Positions 40,866 to 50,959 of a stretch of DNA of 64,000 nt are shown one piece after another; position 1 is the first letter of the stretch; each line of letters starts with the position of its first letter. Source of the stretch: Escherichia coli (lineage in GTDB: Bacteria > Pseudomonadota > Gammaproteobacteria > Enterobacterales > Enterobacteriaceae); the NCBI RefSeq assembly GCF_024700885.2, contig NZ_CP117016.1; one strand, written 5' to 3'. Position numbers and translations under genes: made by a program. Below the pieces are notes generated by a model. That model did no database searches and was not told the DNA's origin. It saw only the letters and a program-made list of their open reading frames with translations.

Positions 40866-42350
40866 TTACTTCGCTCTCAGCTTATTGTAGTGATAACCCG
40901 AGGTAAAAATACCAGAGACATCAGACAACTTTAAACTGGCTATCTGGGGAAGCAGAACATACATGGTTTTTCCTTCCGGCACGACAGAAAGCCTGAACTG
41001 AGATTCAAGAATGTTCAGCAATGCGTTCAGTTTTTTCCTGTTTCTGAACCGACCCGGGCCACACTGGAGAATATAATTTTTCCTGACACGGGGTGGGCAT
41101 TCTCCGCGGCACTCCTCAATGAGCCAGTCGAACAGCTCCTCGGCGTCCTTCTGCTGCAGTTCAGATTCATCAGGTAACGCAAATAATTTTTTATATTCAT
41201 CTGTGTACCACGAACTTATTACGACAGCAGACGTCATGATATCGGCAGAGATTTTCCCTTCACCATAGTTGAAATACTGAAATAACGCTGCAATTCTTGC
41301 AATGTTTTCTGTTTTTTTTGAAACATGTCCCCGAAACGGGCTTAAGGGTCCGGAAGGGGATAAATCCTGCTCCAGAACATTATAGTGCTCAATAAATATT
41401 TTTTGCGCTTCAGGCGAAAAATGCAGACAATACCGTTCATCCTCACTGGATTTTTCAATACTGCCTCTGGCCAGTTCCATTAATCGTTCATGAAATGCCG
41501 TTAATGATCCTCCCGGAATCACAGCTCCGTTAATAAAGCGTTTCCCCTGCGTGGTTGCAGGTTTACTGATAAGACAACGGGCAAGAAAACCACTGTCCCT
41601 GGCAACAGAACCTTTTCGCTCCATATATCGGTCAAAAAGACCGGGTTGCACCATGAGGGATAACGTCATTCTGGCATTTTCAATCATCTGTTCGGGTTCA
41701 TTCTTTCTGTCCACAGACAATACAGAGCCATCCCACATTTTGTTAATAAAAGGCAACTCAGACAGGGTATATCCATCAAATATAATACCGGCTTCATCTG
41801 ACATAATACCCACTGAACGCCATTTACCATAAAGCTGATTCTTAATTGCCGCAGTCGTGGCATCATTAAAAATGAATTTATACCTCACAGGTTCTTCCGC
41901 ACTGTTTTTCTGAAGTACTTCCAGTTGTCTGAGGGTTTCTGACTCATCCGCGCCTTTGCGGAGTTCTTTATTCAGTTTTGACAACAATGCTTTTTTCTGA
42001 GCCTTTAAAAGCTCTTCCTTGTTTTTCCAGACAGCCAGTTCACTTTTGTATCTGGAATATAACTGCATCTCCTGCTGGTACAGGGGCTTCATTAATAATT
42101 TGTCCACTGCGGTTTTTCGTTCTCCGGACTCGGCAAGCGTCAGGAAAAAAAGAGAGACCGGCCCCCGCAGTGTATTCAGTCTGCAGACATCAATCAGATT
42201 CTGGCAGACAAGTGAAACAGCGCCCAGGGCAGACGCTGCCACAAGCCCAAGGGGAGCCTGCGTAATTTGCTGAGCTTCAATAACGGCATCACGAATGAGT
42301 GGAGGCAGCGAACTCAGGGGAAACTCATCACAAGGCTGACCGAATGACAT
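40866..42350 (-). CDS. hypothetical prophage protein, possibly DUF3987 (YfjI-like)
   Basis: ORF track 40866..42419; likely start MSFGQPCDEF; family assignment from memory only. Confidence 0.4.
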   Translation of the reverse strand: MSFGQPCDEFPLSSLPPLIRDAVIEAQQITQAPLGLVAASALGAVSLVCQNLIDVCRLNTLRGPVSLFFLTLAESGERKTAVDKLLMKPLYQQEMQLYSRYKSELAVWKNKEELLKAQKKALLSKLNKELRKGADESETLRQLEVLQKNSAEEPVRYKFIFNDATTAAIKNQLYGKWRSVGIMSDEAGIIFDGYTLSELPFINKMWDGSVLSVDRKNEPEQMIENARMTLSLMVQPGLFDRYMERKGSVARDSGFLARCLISKPATTQGKRFINGAVIPGGSLTAFHERLMELARGSIEKSSEDERYCLHFSPEAQKIFIEHYNVLEQDLSPSGPLSPFRGHVSKKTENIARIAALFQYFNYGEGKISADIMTSAVVISSWYTDEYKKLFALPDESELQQKDAEELFDWLIEECRGECPPRVRKNYILQCGPGRFRNRKKLNALLNILESQFRLSVVPEGKTMYVLLPQIASLKLSDVSGIFTSGYHYNKLRAK

Positions 42351-43580
42351 AGTAACCTCACTACACACAGATATAAAAGCACTGCAATTCTGGCTATTAA
42401 TAGCAAAAATAGCAGTCAAATCAATATGAGGTAAAAATTTTTGTTGATTTAATGGTTAAATAATAACCACAGTGTGTTTTGCTGCTGAAGAAAGACAAAA
42501 TGAATCTGTGTGTCCCCTCCTTCCCTTCAGAGCACATCCACTATTCAAATTTTACACAACCACGTACGAACAAAAAGCATCATCCCGGGTATTGCAGATA
42601 CCGGTTTCCTGCCGGGATGAATCATAAACAGAACACCGGGAATAACGCCTTCAGGAATCCCCCCCCTCCTGAAGAAGAATAAAATAAAGAAGACTACATT
42701 TCCTGCACTGTATGCTGAGTACAATATTCTATGGACAGGATGACATATTTATAAATAACAAAAACCATTTAATACTGATACATCAATAAAATACTTCCTC
42801 CCTGCTGACGCAGATAAAATGCACCATTTTTTCTTCAAATACTTCTGTATAATCGCCAGCCAATGATGAGAATGGATTAAAATAACACTTCTTCGACAAA
42901 CACAAAAACAGCCTTCATTTTACATCATCATCCAGTTTCAGTTAACCCCGGACGAGCAACAGCGTTTCAGTACAGGAATTAAAAGCCAGCTTTTGCTCAG
43001 TAAAAACACACTCAACTAATAATATCTCAGCAGATATTATCCTGACCAGGACACCTCACATTACTGAATTCTCTTCCGACAGTATCACTGCACAAATAAA
43101 AAAGAACGGGATAAATATTCAGACCGGAAGAATGGTGTCACAAAAGCATTTAATCATTACGCATGACCAGGAAGGGAAACACTTAACCACATGGTATCAA
43201 CAGATATCATTACGTGTGCACTCTTATAAAAAACACACAGAAGAAGTAAGATAATTATAAATGTAAATTTAATATCTCCCACTGACATCTCCCCCACAAT
43301 ACACTGAAAAATACTCACAGCAGTAAACACAGACACACCTGATAATCATGCAGCCGATAAATATTTTCCCCTTTACGGAGAAATCAGCCTGCTGTTTAAC
43401 AATAACGGCGTATTTTCATGGAAGGAGATCACCCAGTAACGGATAAGTCCTGATCTCCTTCATGTTAATACGCAACAATCCCATCGATTAAAAACAATTT
43501 CAGACAGATATTATCTCCGTGAATCCCCCGCCACCTTTCCGGTGCGCGGGATTTTGTCTTTTTTCACCGGGAATACATGT

Positions 43581-44453
43581 ATGAATCCGTCTGATGCCAT
43601 TGAGGCAATTGAAAAACCGCTCTCCTCCCTGCCTTACTCGCTTTCCCGTCACATCCTGGAACATCTGCGCAAACTCACCCGTCACGAACCCGTGATTGGC
43701 ATTATGGGTAAAAGCGGGGCCGGTAAATCCTCACTCTGTAATGCACTGTTTCAGGGGGAGGTCACCCCGGTCAGTGATGTTCACGCCGGCACCCGGGAAG
43801 TACGGCGCTTCCGTCTGAGTGGCCACGGTCACAGCATGGTTATCACTGACCTGCCCGGGGTGGGCGAGAGCCGGGACAGGGATGCAGAGTATGAGGCCCT
43901 GTACCGTGACATTCTGCCTGAACTTGACCTGGTACTGTGGCTGATTAAAGCCGATGACCGTGCCCTGTCTGTGGATGAGTATTTCTGGCGACACATCCTG
44001 CACCGGGGACATCAGCGGGTACTGTTTGTGGTGACGCAGGCCGACAAAACGGAGCCCTGCCATGAATGGGATATGGCCGGTATTCAGCCTTCTCCTGCAC
44101 AGGCACAGAATATTCGCGAAAAAACGGAGGCGGTATTCCGTCTGTTCCGGCCCGTACATCCGGTTGTGGCCGTATCGGCCCGCACCGGCTGGGAACTGGA
44201 TACGCTGGTCAGTGCGCTCATGACAGCGCTTCCCGACCATGCCGCCAGTCCCCTGATGACCCGACTGCAGGACGAGCTGCGCACGGAATCTGTCCGGTCT
44301 CAGGCCCGTGAACAGTTTACCGGTGCGGTGGACCGGATATTTGACACGGCGGAGAGCGTCTGTATTGCCTCTGTTGCACGCACGGTTCTGCGTGCCGTCC
44401 GTGACTCGGTGGTCTCTGTTGCCCGCGCTGTATGGAACTGGATTTTCTTCTGA
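43581..44453 (+). CDS. yeeP: CP4-type prophage GTPase (YeeP/YkfA/YfjP family)
   Basis: P-loop GIMGKSGAGKSSLCNALF; DLPG switch motif; precedes flu as in CP4-44. Confidence 0.75.
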   Translation: MNPSDAIEAIEKPLSSLPYSLSRHILEHLRKLTRHEPVIGIMGKSGAGKSSLCNALFQGEVTPVSDVHAGTREVRRFRLSGHGHSMVITDLPGVGESRDRDAEYEALYRDILPELDLVLWLIKADDRALSVDEYFWRHILHRGHQRVLFVVTQADKTEPCHEWDMAGIQPSPAQAQNIREKTEAVFRLFRPVHPVVAVSARTGWELDTLVSALMTALPDHAASPLMTRLQDELRTESVRSQAREQFTGAVDRIFDTAESVCIASVARTVLRAVRDSVVSVARAVWNWIFF

Positions 44454-44572
44454 ACACTCTGCCAGGGGAAATGCCTGATTATATTGCATTAACAAACTGA
44501 AAACATGACACAAACCCCTCATACTCCTCCTGTTTCTCTTGCGTGACCGCCTTGTCGTTAATAGAATAAAAC

Positions 44573-44608
44573 GATCGATAAAACAGGTATCGATCGCTAC
44601 TATCGATC
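44573..44608. promoter_or_regulatory. three closely spaced GATC sites: Dam/OxyR phase-variation switch of flu (agn43)
   Basis: GATC at 44573-44576, 44592-44595, 44605-44608, ~220 bp upstream of the Ag43 start. Confidence 0.7.
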
Positions 44609-44825
44609 GTTTATAGTGGTTAATGGCCTGCGAAAAGGCAGCTGAATCTCTTCATCATGCAGAACGGAATTGCACACAACGGACTGATACTTCTCTGGCG
44701 GATGAGAGAGGGGAAGCATTTATGTCCGGGAAAAACCACTTTATCTGACCATGCTGTTTTGTACCTGCCGGTATCCACATTTGTGGGTACCGGCTTTTTT
44801 ATTCACCCTCTGTAAGGAAAAGCTG

Positions 44826-47672
44826 ATGAAACGACATCTGAACACCAGCTACAGGCTGGTATGGAATCACATTACGGGTACCCTGGTGGTGGCCTCCGAA
44901 CTGGCCCGCTCACGGGGAAAACGCGCCGGTGTGGCGATTGCGCTGTCTCTTGCTGCTGTCACATCAGTCCCGGCACTGGCTGCTGACACGGTTGTACAGG
45001 CGGGAGAAACCGTGAGCGGCGGAACACTGACAAATCATGACAACCAGATTGTTCTCGGTACGGCCAACGGAATGACCATCAGTACCGGTCTGGAGTATGG
45101 GCCGGATAACGAGGCCAATACCGGCGGGCAATGGGTACAGGATGGCGGCACAGCCAGTAATACCGCCATCAGCAGCGGCGGTCTCCAGTTTGTAGGTGCC
45201 GGGGGAAAGGCTACAGACACAATAATCAATGAAGGAGGCGGACAAAGTCTGAAGGGACTGGCACTGAACACCACGCTGAATGGTGGCGAGCAGTGGATGC
45301 ATGAGGGTGCGATAGCCACAGGAACCGTCATTAATGATAAGGGCTGGCAGGTCGTCAAATCCGGCGCAATGGCAACCGACACGGTTGTGAATACCGGCGC
45401 GGAAGGGGGACCGGATGCAGAAAATGGTGATACCGGGCAGTTTGTTCGCGGAAATGCCGTACGTACCACCATCAATAAAAATGGTCGTCAGATTGTGGCT
45501 GCTGAAGGAACAGCAAATACCACTATGGTTTATGCCGGCGGAGACCAGACTGTACATGGCTACGCGCTGGATACCACACTGAACGGCGGTAACCAGTATG
45601 TGCACAACGGCGGTACAGCGTCTGACACTGTTGTTAACAGTGACGGCTGGCAGGTGGTGAAGGATGGTGCAGTGGCTGAGAATACCACCGTTAATCACAA
45701 GGGCAAACTGCAGGTGAATGCCGGTGGTGTCGCTGTTGATGTTACTCAGAATCAGGGAGGGGCACTGGTTACCAGTACTGCTGCAACGGTTCTTGGCAGC
45801 AACCGTCTGGGCAATTTCGCGGTGGAAAACGGTAAGGCTGACGGCGTGGTTCTGGAATCCGGTGGTCGCCTGGATGTACTGGAGAGCCATTCAGCACAGA
45901 ATACCCTGGTGGATGACGGCGGTACCCTGGCAGTGTCTGCCGGTGGTAAGGCAACAGGTGTCACCATGACATCCGGTGGTGCCCTGATAGCAGACAGTGG
46001 TGCCACTGTTGAGGGTACCAATGCCAGCGGCAAGTTCAGTATTGATGGCATATCCGGTCAGGCCAGCGGCCTGCTGCTGGAAAATGGCGGCAGCTTTACG
46101 GTCAATGCCGGGGGACAAGCCAGCAACACCACGATCGGACATCGTGGAACACTGACGCTGGCTGCCGGGGGAAGTCTGAGTGGCAGAACACAACTCAGTA
46201 AAGGCGCCAGTATGGTACTGAATGGTGATGTGGTCAGTACCGGCGATATTGTTAACGCAGGGGAGATTCGCTTTGATAATCAGACGACACAGGATGCCGT
46301 GCTGAGCCGTGCTGTTGCAAAAGGCGACGCCCCGGTAACGTTCCATAAACTGACCACCAATAACCTCACCGGCCAGGGCGGCACCATCAATATGCGTGTT
46401 CGCCTTGATGGCAGCAATGCCTCTGACCAGCTGGTGATTAATGGTGGTCAGGCAACCGGCAAAACCTGGCTTGCGTTTACAAATGTCGGAAACAGTAACC
46501 TCGGGGTGGCAACCACCGGACAGGGTATCCGGGTTGTGGATGCACAGAATGGTGCCACCACAGAAGAAGGTGCATTTGCCCTGAGCCGCCCGCTTCAGGC
46601 CGGCGCCTTTAACTACACCCTGAACCGTGACAGCGATGAAGACTGGTACCTGCGCAGTGAAAATGCTTATCGTGCTGAAGTCCCCCTGTATGCCTCCATG
46701 CTGACACAGGCAATGGACTATGACCGGATTCTGGCAGGCTCCCGCAGCCATCAGACCGGTGTAAACGGTGAAAATAACAGCGTCCGTCTCAGCATTCAGG
46801 GCGGTCATCTCGGTCACGATAACAACGGCGGTATTGCCCGTGGAGCCACGCCGGAAAGCAGCGGCAGCTATGGCTTCGTCCGTCTGGAGGGTGACCTGCT
46901 CAGAACAGAGGTCGCCGGTATGTCTGTGACCGCGGGGGTATATGGTGCTGCTGGCCATTCTTCCGTTGATGTTAAGGATGATGACGGTTCCCGCGCCGGC
47001 ACGGTCCGGGATGATGCCGGCAGCCTGGGCGGATACCTGAATCTGGTACACACGTCCTCCGGCCTGTGGGCTGACATTGTGGCACAGGGAACCCGCCACA
47101 GCATGAAAGCGTCATCGGACAATAACAACTTCCGCGCCCGGGGCCGGGGCTGGCTGGGCTCACTGGAAACCGGTCTGCCCTTCAGTATCACTGACAACCT
47201 GATGCTGGAGCCACAACTGCAGTACACCTGGCAGGGGCTCTCCCTGGATGACGGCCAGGATAACGCCGGTTATGTGAAGTTCGGGCATGGCAGTACACAA
47301 CATGTGCGTGCCGGCTTCCGTCTGGGCAGCCACAACGATATGACCTTTGGCGAAGGCACCTCATCCCGTGACACCCTGCGCGACAGTACAAAACACCGTG
47401 TGAGTGAACTGCCGGTGAACTGGTGGGTACAGCCTTCTGTTATCCGCACTTTCAGCTCCCGGGGTGACATGAGCATGGGTACAGCCGCCGCCAGCAGTAA
47501 CATGACGTTCTCACCGTCCCGGAATGGCACGTCACTGGACCTGCAGGCCGGACTGGAAGCCCGTGTCCGGGAAAATATCACCCTGGGCGTTCAGGCCGGT
47601 TATGCCCACAGCGTCAGCGGCAGCAGCGCTGAAGGCTATAACGGTCAGGCCACGCTGAGTGTGACCTTCTGA
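44826..47672 (+). CDS. flu: antigen 43 self-associating autotransporter adhesin
   Basis: MKRHLNTSYRLVWNHITGTLVVASELARSRGKRAGVAIALSLAAVTSVPALAADTVV... extended signal peptide, beta-helix repeats, C-terminal beta-barrel. Confidence 0.9.
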   Translation: MKRHLNTSYRLVWNHITGTLVVASELARSRGKRAGVAIALSLAAVTSVPALAADTVVQAGETVSGGTLTNHDNQIVLGTANGMTISTGLEYGPDNEANTGGQWVQDGGTASNTAISSGGLQFVGAGGKATDTIINEGGGQSLKGLALNTTLNGGEQWMHEGAIATGTVINDKGWQVVKSGAMATDTVVNTGAEGGPDAENGDTGQFVRGNAVRTTINKNGRQIVAAEGTANTTMVYAGGDQTVHGYALDTTLNGGNQYVHNGGTASDTVVNSDGWQVVKDGAVAENTTVNHKGKLQVNAGGVAVDVTQNQGGALVTSTAATVLGSNRLGNFAVENGKADGVVLESGGRLDVLESHSAQNTLVDDGGTLAVSAGGKATGVTMTSGGALIADSGATVEGTNASGKFSIDGISGQASGLLLENGGSFTVNAGGQASNTTIGHRGTLTLAAGGSLSGRTQLSKGASMVLNGDVVSTGDIVNAGEIRFDNQTTQDAVLSRAVAKGDAPVTFHKLTTNNLTGQGGTINMRVRLDGSNASDQLVINGGQATGKTWLAFTNVGNSNLGVATTGQGIRVVDAQNGATTEEGAFALSRPLQAGAFNYTLNRDSDEDWYLRSENAYRAEVPLYASMLTQAMDYDRILAGSRSHQTGVNGENNSVRLSIQGGHLGHDNNGGIARGATPESSGSYGFVRLEGDLLRTEVAGMSVTAGVYGAAGHSSVDVKDDDGSRAGTVRDDAGSLGGYLNLVHTSSGLWADIVAQGTRHSMKASSDNNNFRARGRGWLGSLETGLPFSITDNLMLEPQLQYTWQGLSLDDGQDNAGYVKFGHGSTQHVRAGFRLGSHNDMTFGEGTSSRDTLRDSTKHRVSELPVNWWVQPSVIRTFSSRGDMSMGTAAASSNMTFSPSRNGTSLDLQAGLEARVRENITLGVQAGYAHSVSGSSAEGYNGQATLSVTF

Positions 47673-47786
47673 CAGAACCATCGCCTCTCTGTGGTCCCGG
47701 TCATCATGATCGGGACCCGGACCGGCGCAACGGATATTCAACGCCACATTCGCTGGCATTAACAATAACATGATATTCATCACGGA

Positions 47787-50309
47787 GTGACTATGTTACA
47801 GATAGTCGGCGCGCTGATCCTGCTGATCGCAGGATTTGCCATTCTTCGCCTTTTGTTCAGAGCATTAATCAGCACGGCTTCTGCGCTGGCAGGGCTCATA
47901 TTGCTGTGTCTGTTCGGCCCGGCCTTACTGGCTGGCTATATCACCGAACGCATAACCCGGTTGTTCCATATTCGCTGGCTGGCAGGCGTATTTCTGACGA
48001 TTGCCGGAATGATCATCAGCTTCATGTGGGGACTTGATGGTAAACATATCGCGCTGGAGGCTCACACCTTTGACTCTGTGAAATTTATTCTGACCACCGC
48101 TCTCGCCGGTGGTCTGCTGGCTGTTCCCCTGCAGATCAAAAACATTCAGCAGAACGGGATCACACCAGAAGATATCAGCAAGGAAATTAACGGGTATTAC
48201 TGCTGTTTTTATACTGCCTTTTTCCTTATGGCGTGTTCTGCATGCGCACCATTGATCGCGTTACAGTACGATATTTCACCGTCACTGATGTGGTGGGGCG
48301 GGTTGTTGTACTGGCTGGCTGCATTAGTGACGCTGCTATGGGCGGCCAGCCAAATCCAGGCGCTGAAAAAACTGACCTGTGCCATCAGCCAGACACTGGA
48401 AGAACAACCGGTGCTCAACAGTAAATCGTGGCTGACCAGTTTGCAAAACGATTACAGCCTTCCTGACTCACTGACGGAGCGCATCTGGCTGACGCTCATT
48501 TCTCAACGGATTTCCCGGGGAGAGCTGAGGGAATTTGAACTGGCAGACGGAAACTGGTTACTGAACAATGCCTGGTATGAAAGAAACATGGCAGGGTTTA
48601 ACGAACAGTTGAAAGAGAACCTGTCATTCACACCTGATGAACTGAAAACGCTCTTCCGGAACCGCCTGAATTTATCACCGGAAGCGAATGACGATTTTCT
48701 CGATCGTTGCCTGGACGGCGGTGACTGGTATCCCTTTTCAGAAGGTCGCCGTTTTGTATCATTCCATCACGTGGATGAGCTTCGTATCTGTGCCTCCTGC
48801 GGGCTGACAGAAGTACATCATGCCCCGGAAAATCATAAGCCGGATCCGGAATGGTACTGCTCCTCTCTTTGTCGCGAAACAGAAACACTGTGTCAGGAAA
48901 TTTATGAACGCCCTTACAACAGCTTTATTTCCGATGCAACGGCGAATGGTCTGATTCTCATGAAACTGCCGGAAACCTGGAGTACAAATGAGAAAATGTT
49001 TGCTTCCGGAGGGCAGGGACATGGGTTTGCCGCTGAACGGGGAAACCATATTGTCGACAGAGTCCGTCTGAAAAACGCACGGATCCTCGGTGATAATAAT
49101 GCCAGAAATGGAGCAGACAGACTGGTCAGCGGAACAGAAATCCAGACGAAATATTGTTCAACTGCAGCCCGTAGCGTCGGTGCGGCATTCGACGGACAAA
49201 ACGGACAGTATCGTTACATGGGAAATAATGGCCCCATGCAACTGGAAGTCCCCCGTGATCAGTATGCCGGCGCTGTTGAAACCATGAGGAATAAGATCCG
49301 CGAAGGTAAAGTACCCGGTGTAACCGATCCCGCAGAAGCATCCCGGCTGATTCGTCGGGGACATCTGACTTATACTCAGGCCCGTAATATCACCCGGTTC
49401 GGGACCATCGAATCGGTCACTTATGATATTGCCGAGGGTTCGGTTGTCAGTCTGGCGGCCGGAGGGATCAGTTTTGCCCTGACGGCATCGGTCTTCTGGC
49501 TCAGCACCGGCGATCGCGATGCTGCCCTGCAGACAGCTGCTGTCCAGGCAGGAAAAACCTTCACCCGCACACTGGCTGTCTACGTCACAACCCAGCAACT
49601 CCACCGGCTCAGTGTTGTTCAGGGTATGCTGAAGCACATTGATTTTTCGACTGCCAGCCCGGCTGTTCGACTGGCTCTTCAGAAGGGGACCGGTGCAGGA
49701 AATATCAGTGCCCTGAACAAAGTGATGAAGGGTACGCTGGTGACATCTCTGGCACTGGTAGCTGTCACAACCGGCCCTGACATGATCAAAATGTTGCGGG
49801 GACGGATCTCCGGTACGCAGTTCATCAGGAATCTTGCCGTGGCATCTTCCGGTGTGGCAGGTGGTGCTGTCGGGTCAGTGGCGGGCGGAATACTGTTCAG
49901 TCCACTGGGACCATTTGGTGCACTGACAGGGCGTGTGGTTGGCGGTGTTCTGGGGGGAATGATTGCCTCCGCTGTATCAGGAAAAATTGCCGGAGCGCTG
50001 GTTGAAGAAGATCGCGTCAAAATTCTGGCAATGATTCAGGAGCAGGTGACATGGCTTGCCGGCAGTTTCCTGCTGACCGGACATGAGATTGAAAATCTGA
50101 ACGAGAATCTGGCCCGTGTTATCGATCAGAATGCTCTGGAGATCATTTTCGCCGCCGGTATACAACAACGGGCCGCGACCAATATGTTAATCAAACCACT
50201 GGTGGTCAGTATCATCAGGCAACGCCCCGTCATGGAATATGATGCATCCCATCTCGGCAATATGGTTAACCGACTGGAAGAAGCATTACCCCCGGAGTTA
50301 CCGGCATAA
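47787..50309 (+). CDS. yeeR: CP4-44-type inner-membrane protein (YeeR-like), 840 aa
   Basis: Multiple N-terminal TM helices; position directly downstream of flu as in CP4-44. Confidence 0.6.
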   Translation: MTMLQIVGALILLIAGFAILRLLFRALISTASALAGLILLCLFGPALLAGYITERITRLFHIRWLAGVFLTIAGMIISFMWGLDGKHIALEAHTFDSVKFILTTALAGGLLAVPLQIKNIQQNGITPEDISKEINGYYCCFYTAFFLMACSACAPLIALQYDISPSLMWWGGLLYWLAALVTLLWAASQIQALKKLTCAISQTLEEQPVLNSKSWLTSLQNDYSLPDSLTERIWLTLISQRISRGELREFELADGNWLLNNAWYERNMAGFNEQLKENLSFTPDELKTLFRNRLNLSPEANDDFLDRCLDGGDWYPFSEGRRFVSFHHVDELRICASCGLTEVHHAPENHKPDPEWYCSSLCRETETLCQEIYERPYNSFISDATANGLILMKLPETWSTNEKMFASGGQGHGFAAERGNHIVDRVRLKNARILGDNNARNGADRLVSGTEIQTKYCSTAARSVGAAFDGQNGQYRYMGNNGPMQLEVPRDQYAGAVETMRNKIREGKVPGVTDPAEASRLIRRGHLTYTQARNITRFGTIESVTYDIAEGSVVSLAAGGISFALTASVFWLSTGDRDAALQTAAVQAGKTFTRTLAVYVTTQQLHRLSVVQGMLKHIDFSTASPAVRLALQKGTGAGNISALNKVMKGTLVTSLALVAVTTGPDMIKMLRGRISGTQFIRNLAVASSGVAGGAVGSVAGGILFSPLGPFGALTGRVVGGVLGGMIASAVSGKIAGALVEEDRVKILAMIQEQVTWLAGSFLLTGHEIENLNENLARVIDQNALEIIFAAGIQQRAATNMLIKPLVVSIIRQRPVMEYDASHLGNMVNRLEEALPPELPA

Positions 50310-50384
50310 CGGCTATTCTGCGCCTTTTACGCTTTATCACCTGATTTGTCAGTGTCATCGTCATGACTCAGAGAGGTAAATACC

Positions 50385-50840
50385 ATGATTCACCTGTTCA
50401 AAACCTGCATGATTACCGCCTTCATTCTGGGGTTAACGTGGTCTGCCCCACTCCGGGCACAGGATCAACGTTACATCAGTATACGCAATACAGATACGAT
50501 ATGGCTCCCGGGAAATATTTGTGCTTACCAGTTCCGGCTGGATAATGGCGGAAACGATGAAGGATTTGGCCCCCTCACCATCACTCTGCAACTCAAAGAC
50601 AAATATGGTCAGACGCTGGTGACCAGAAAAATGGAAACGGAAGCTTTTGGTGACAGTAATGCCACGCGAACCACAGACGCATTTCTGGAAACGGAGTGCG
50701 TGGAAAATGTCGCCACAACCGAAATCATCAAAGCAACTGAAGAAAGTAACGGCCATCGTGTCAGTCTGCCGTTATCGGTTTTCAATCCCCAGGACTACCA
50801 TCCACTGCTGATTACCGTTTCCGGAAAAAACGTTAACTGA
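50385..50840 (+). CDS. hypothetical secreted protein (151 aa) with signal peptide
   Basis: MIHLFKTCMITAFILGLTWSAPLRA signal-peptide-like N-terminus; SD GAGAGG upstream. Confidence 0.5.
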   Translation: MIHLFKTCMITAFILGLTWSAPLRAQDQRYISIRNTDTIWLPGNICAYQFRLDNGGNDEGFGPLTITLQLKDKYGQTLVTRKMETEAFGDSNATRTTDAFLETECVENVATTEIIKATEESNGHRVSLPLSVFNPQDYHPLLITVSGKNVN

Positions 50841-50863
50841 TCCCTGAAGTCAGTTTCATGCTT

Positions 50864-50901
50864 CAGCCTCTGTCACAACGCGTGGCAGAGGCTTTTTATT
50901 T
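50864..50901 (+). terminator. rho-independent terminator
   Basis: CAGCCTCTG...CAGAGGC hairpin followed by TTTTTATTT. Confidence 0.5.
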
Positions 50902-50914
50902 ATCAGGAGAAAAC

Positions 50915-50922
50915 AGATATGC
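50915..50922. repeat. 8-bp target-site duplication AGATATGC (left copy) of IS66-family insertion
   Basis: Identical 8-mer flanks both ends of the element (50915-50922 and 53356-53363). Confidence 0.7.
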
Positions 50923-50959
50923 GTAAGCGTGCAGCAAGAACCGTATTGACGGGGATGTG

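Noticed and set aside
43731-44522. 263-aa minus-strand ORF
   Set aside because: Antisense to the yeeP GTPase gene (P-loop present on plus strand).
44964-47099. Long minus-strand ORFs (308 aa and 402 aa) inside the flu region
   Set aside because: Antisense to the Ag43 gene, whose plus-strand product has unmistakable autotransporter features; these are frame artefacts of Gly/Thr/Ala-rich repetitive coding DNA.
47693-47716. Hairpin GTCCCG-N11-CGGGAC after the flu stop as a terminator
   Set aside because: No T-tract follows the stem, so intrinsic terminator assignment is not supported.
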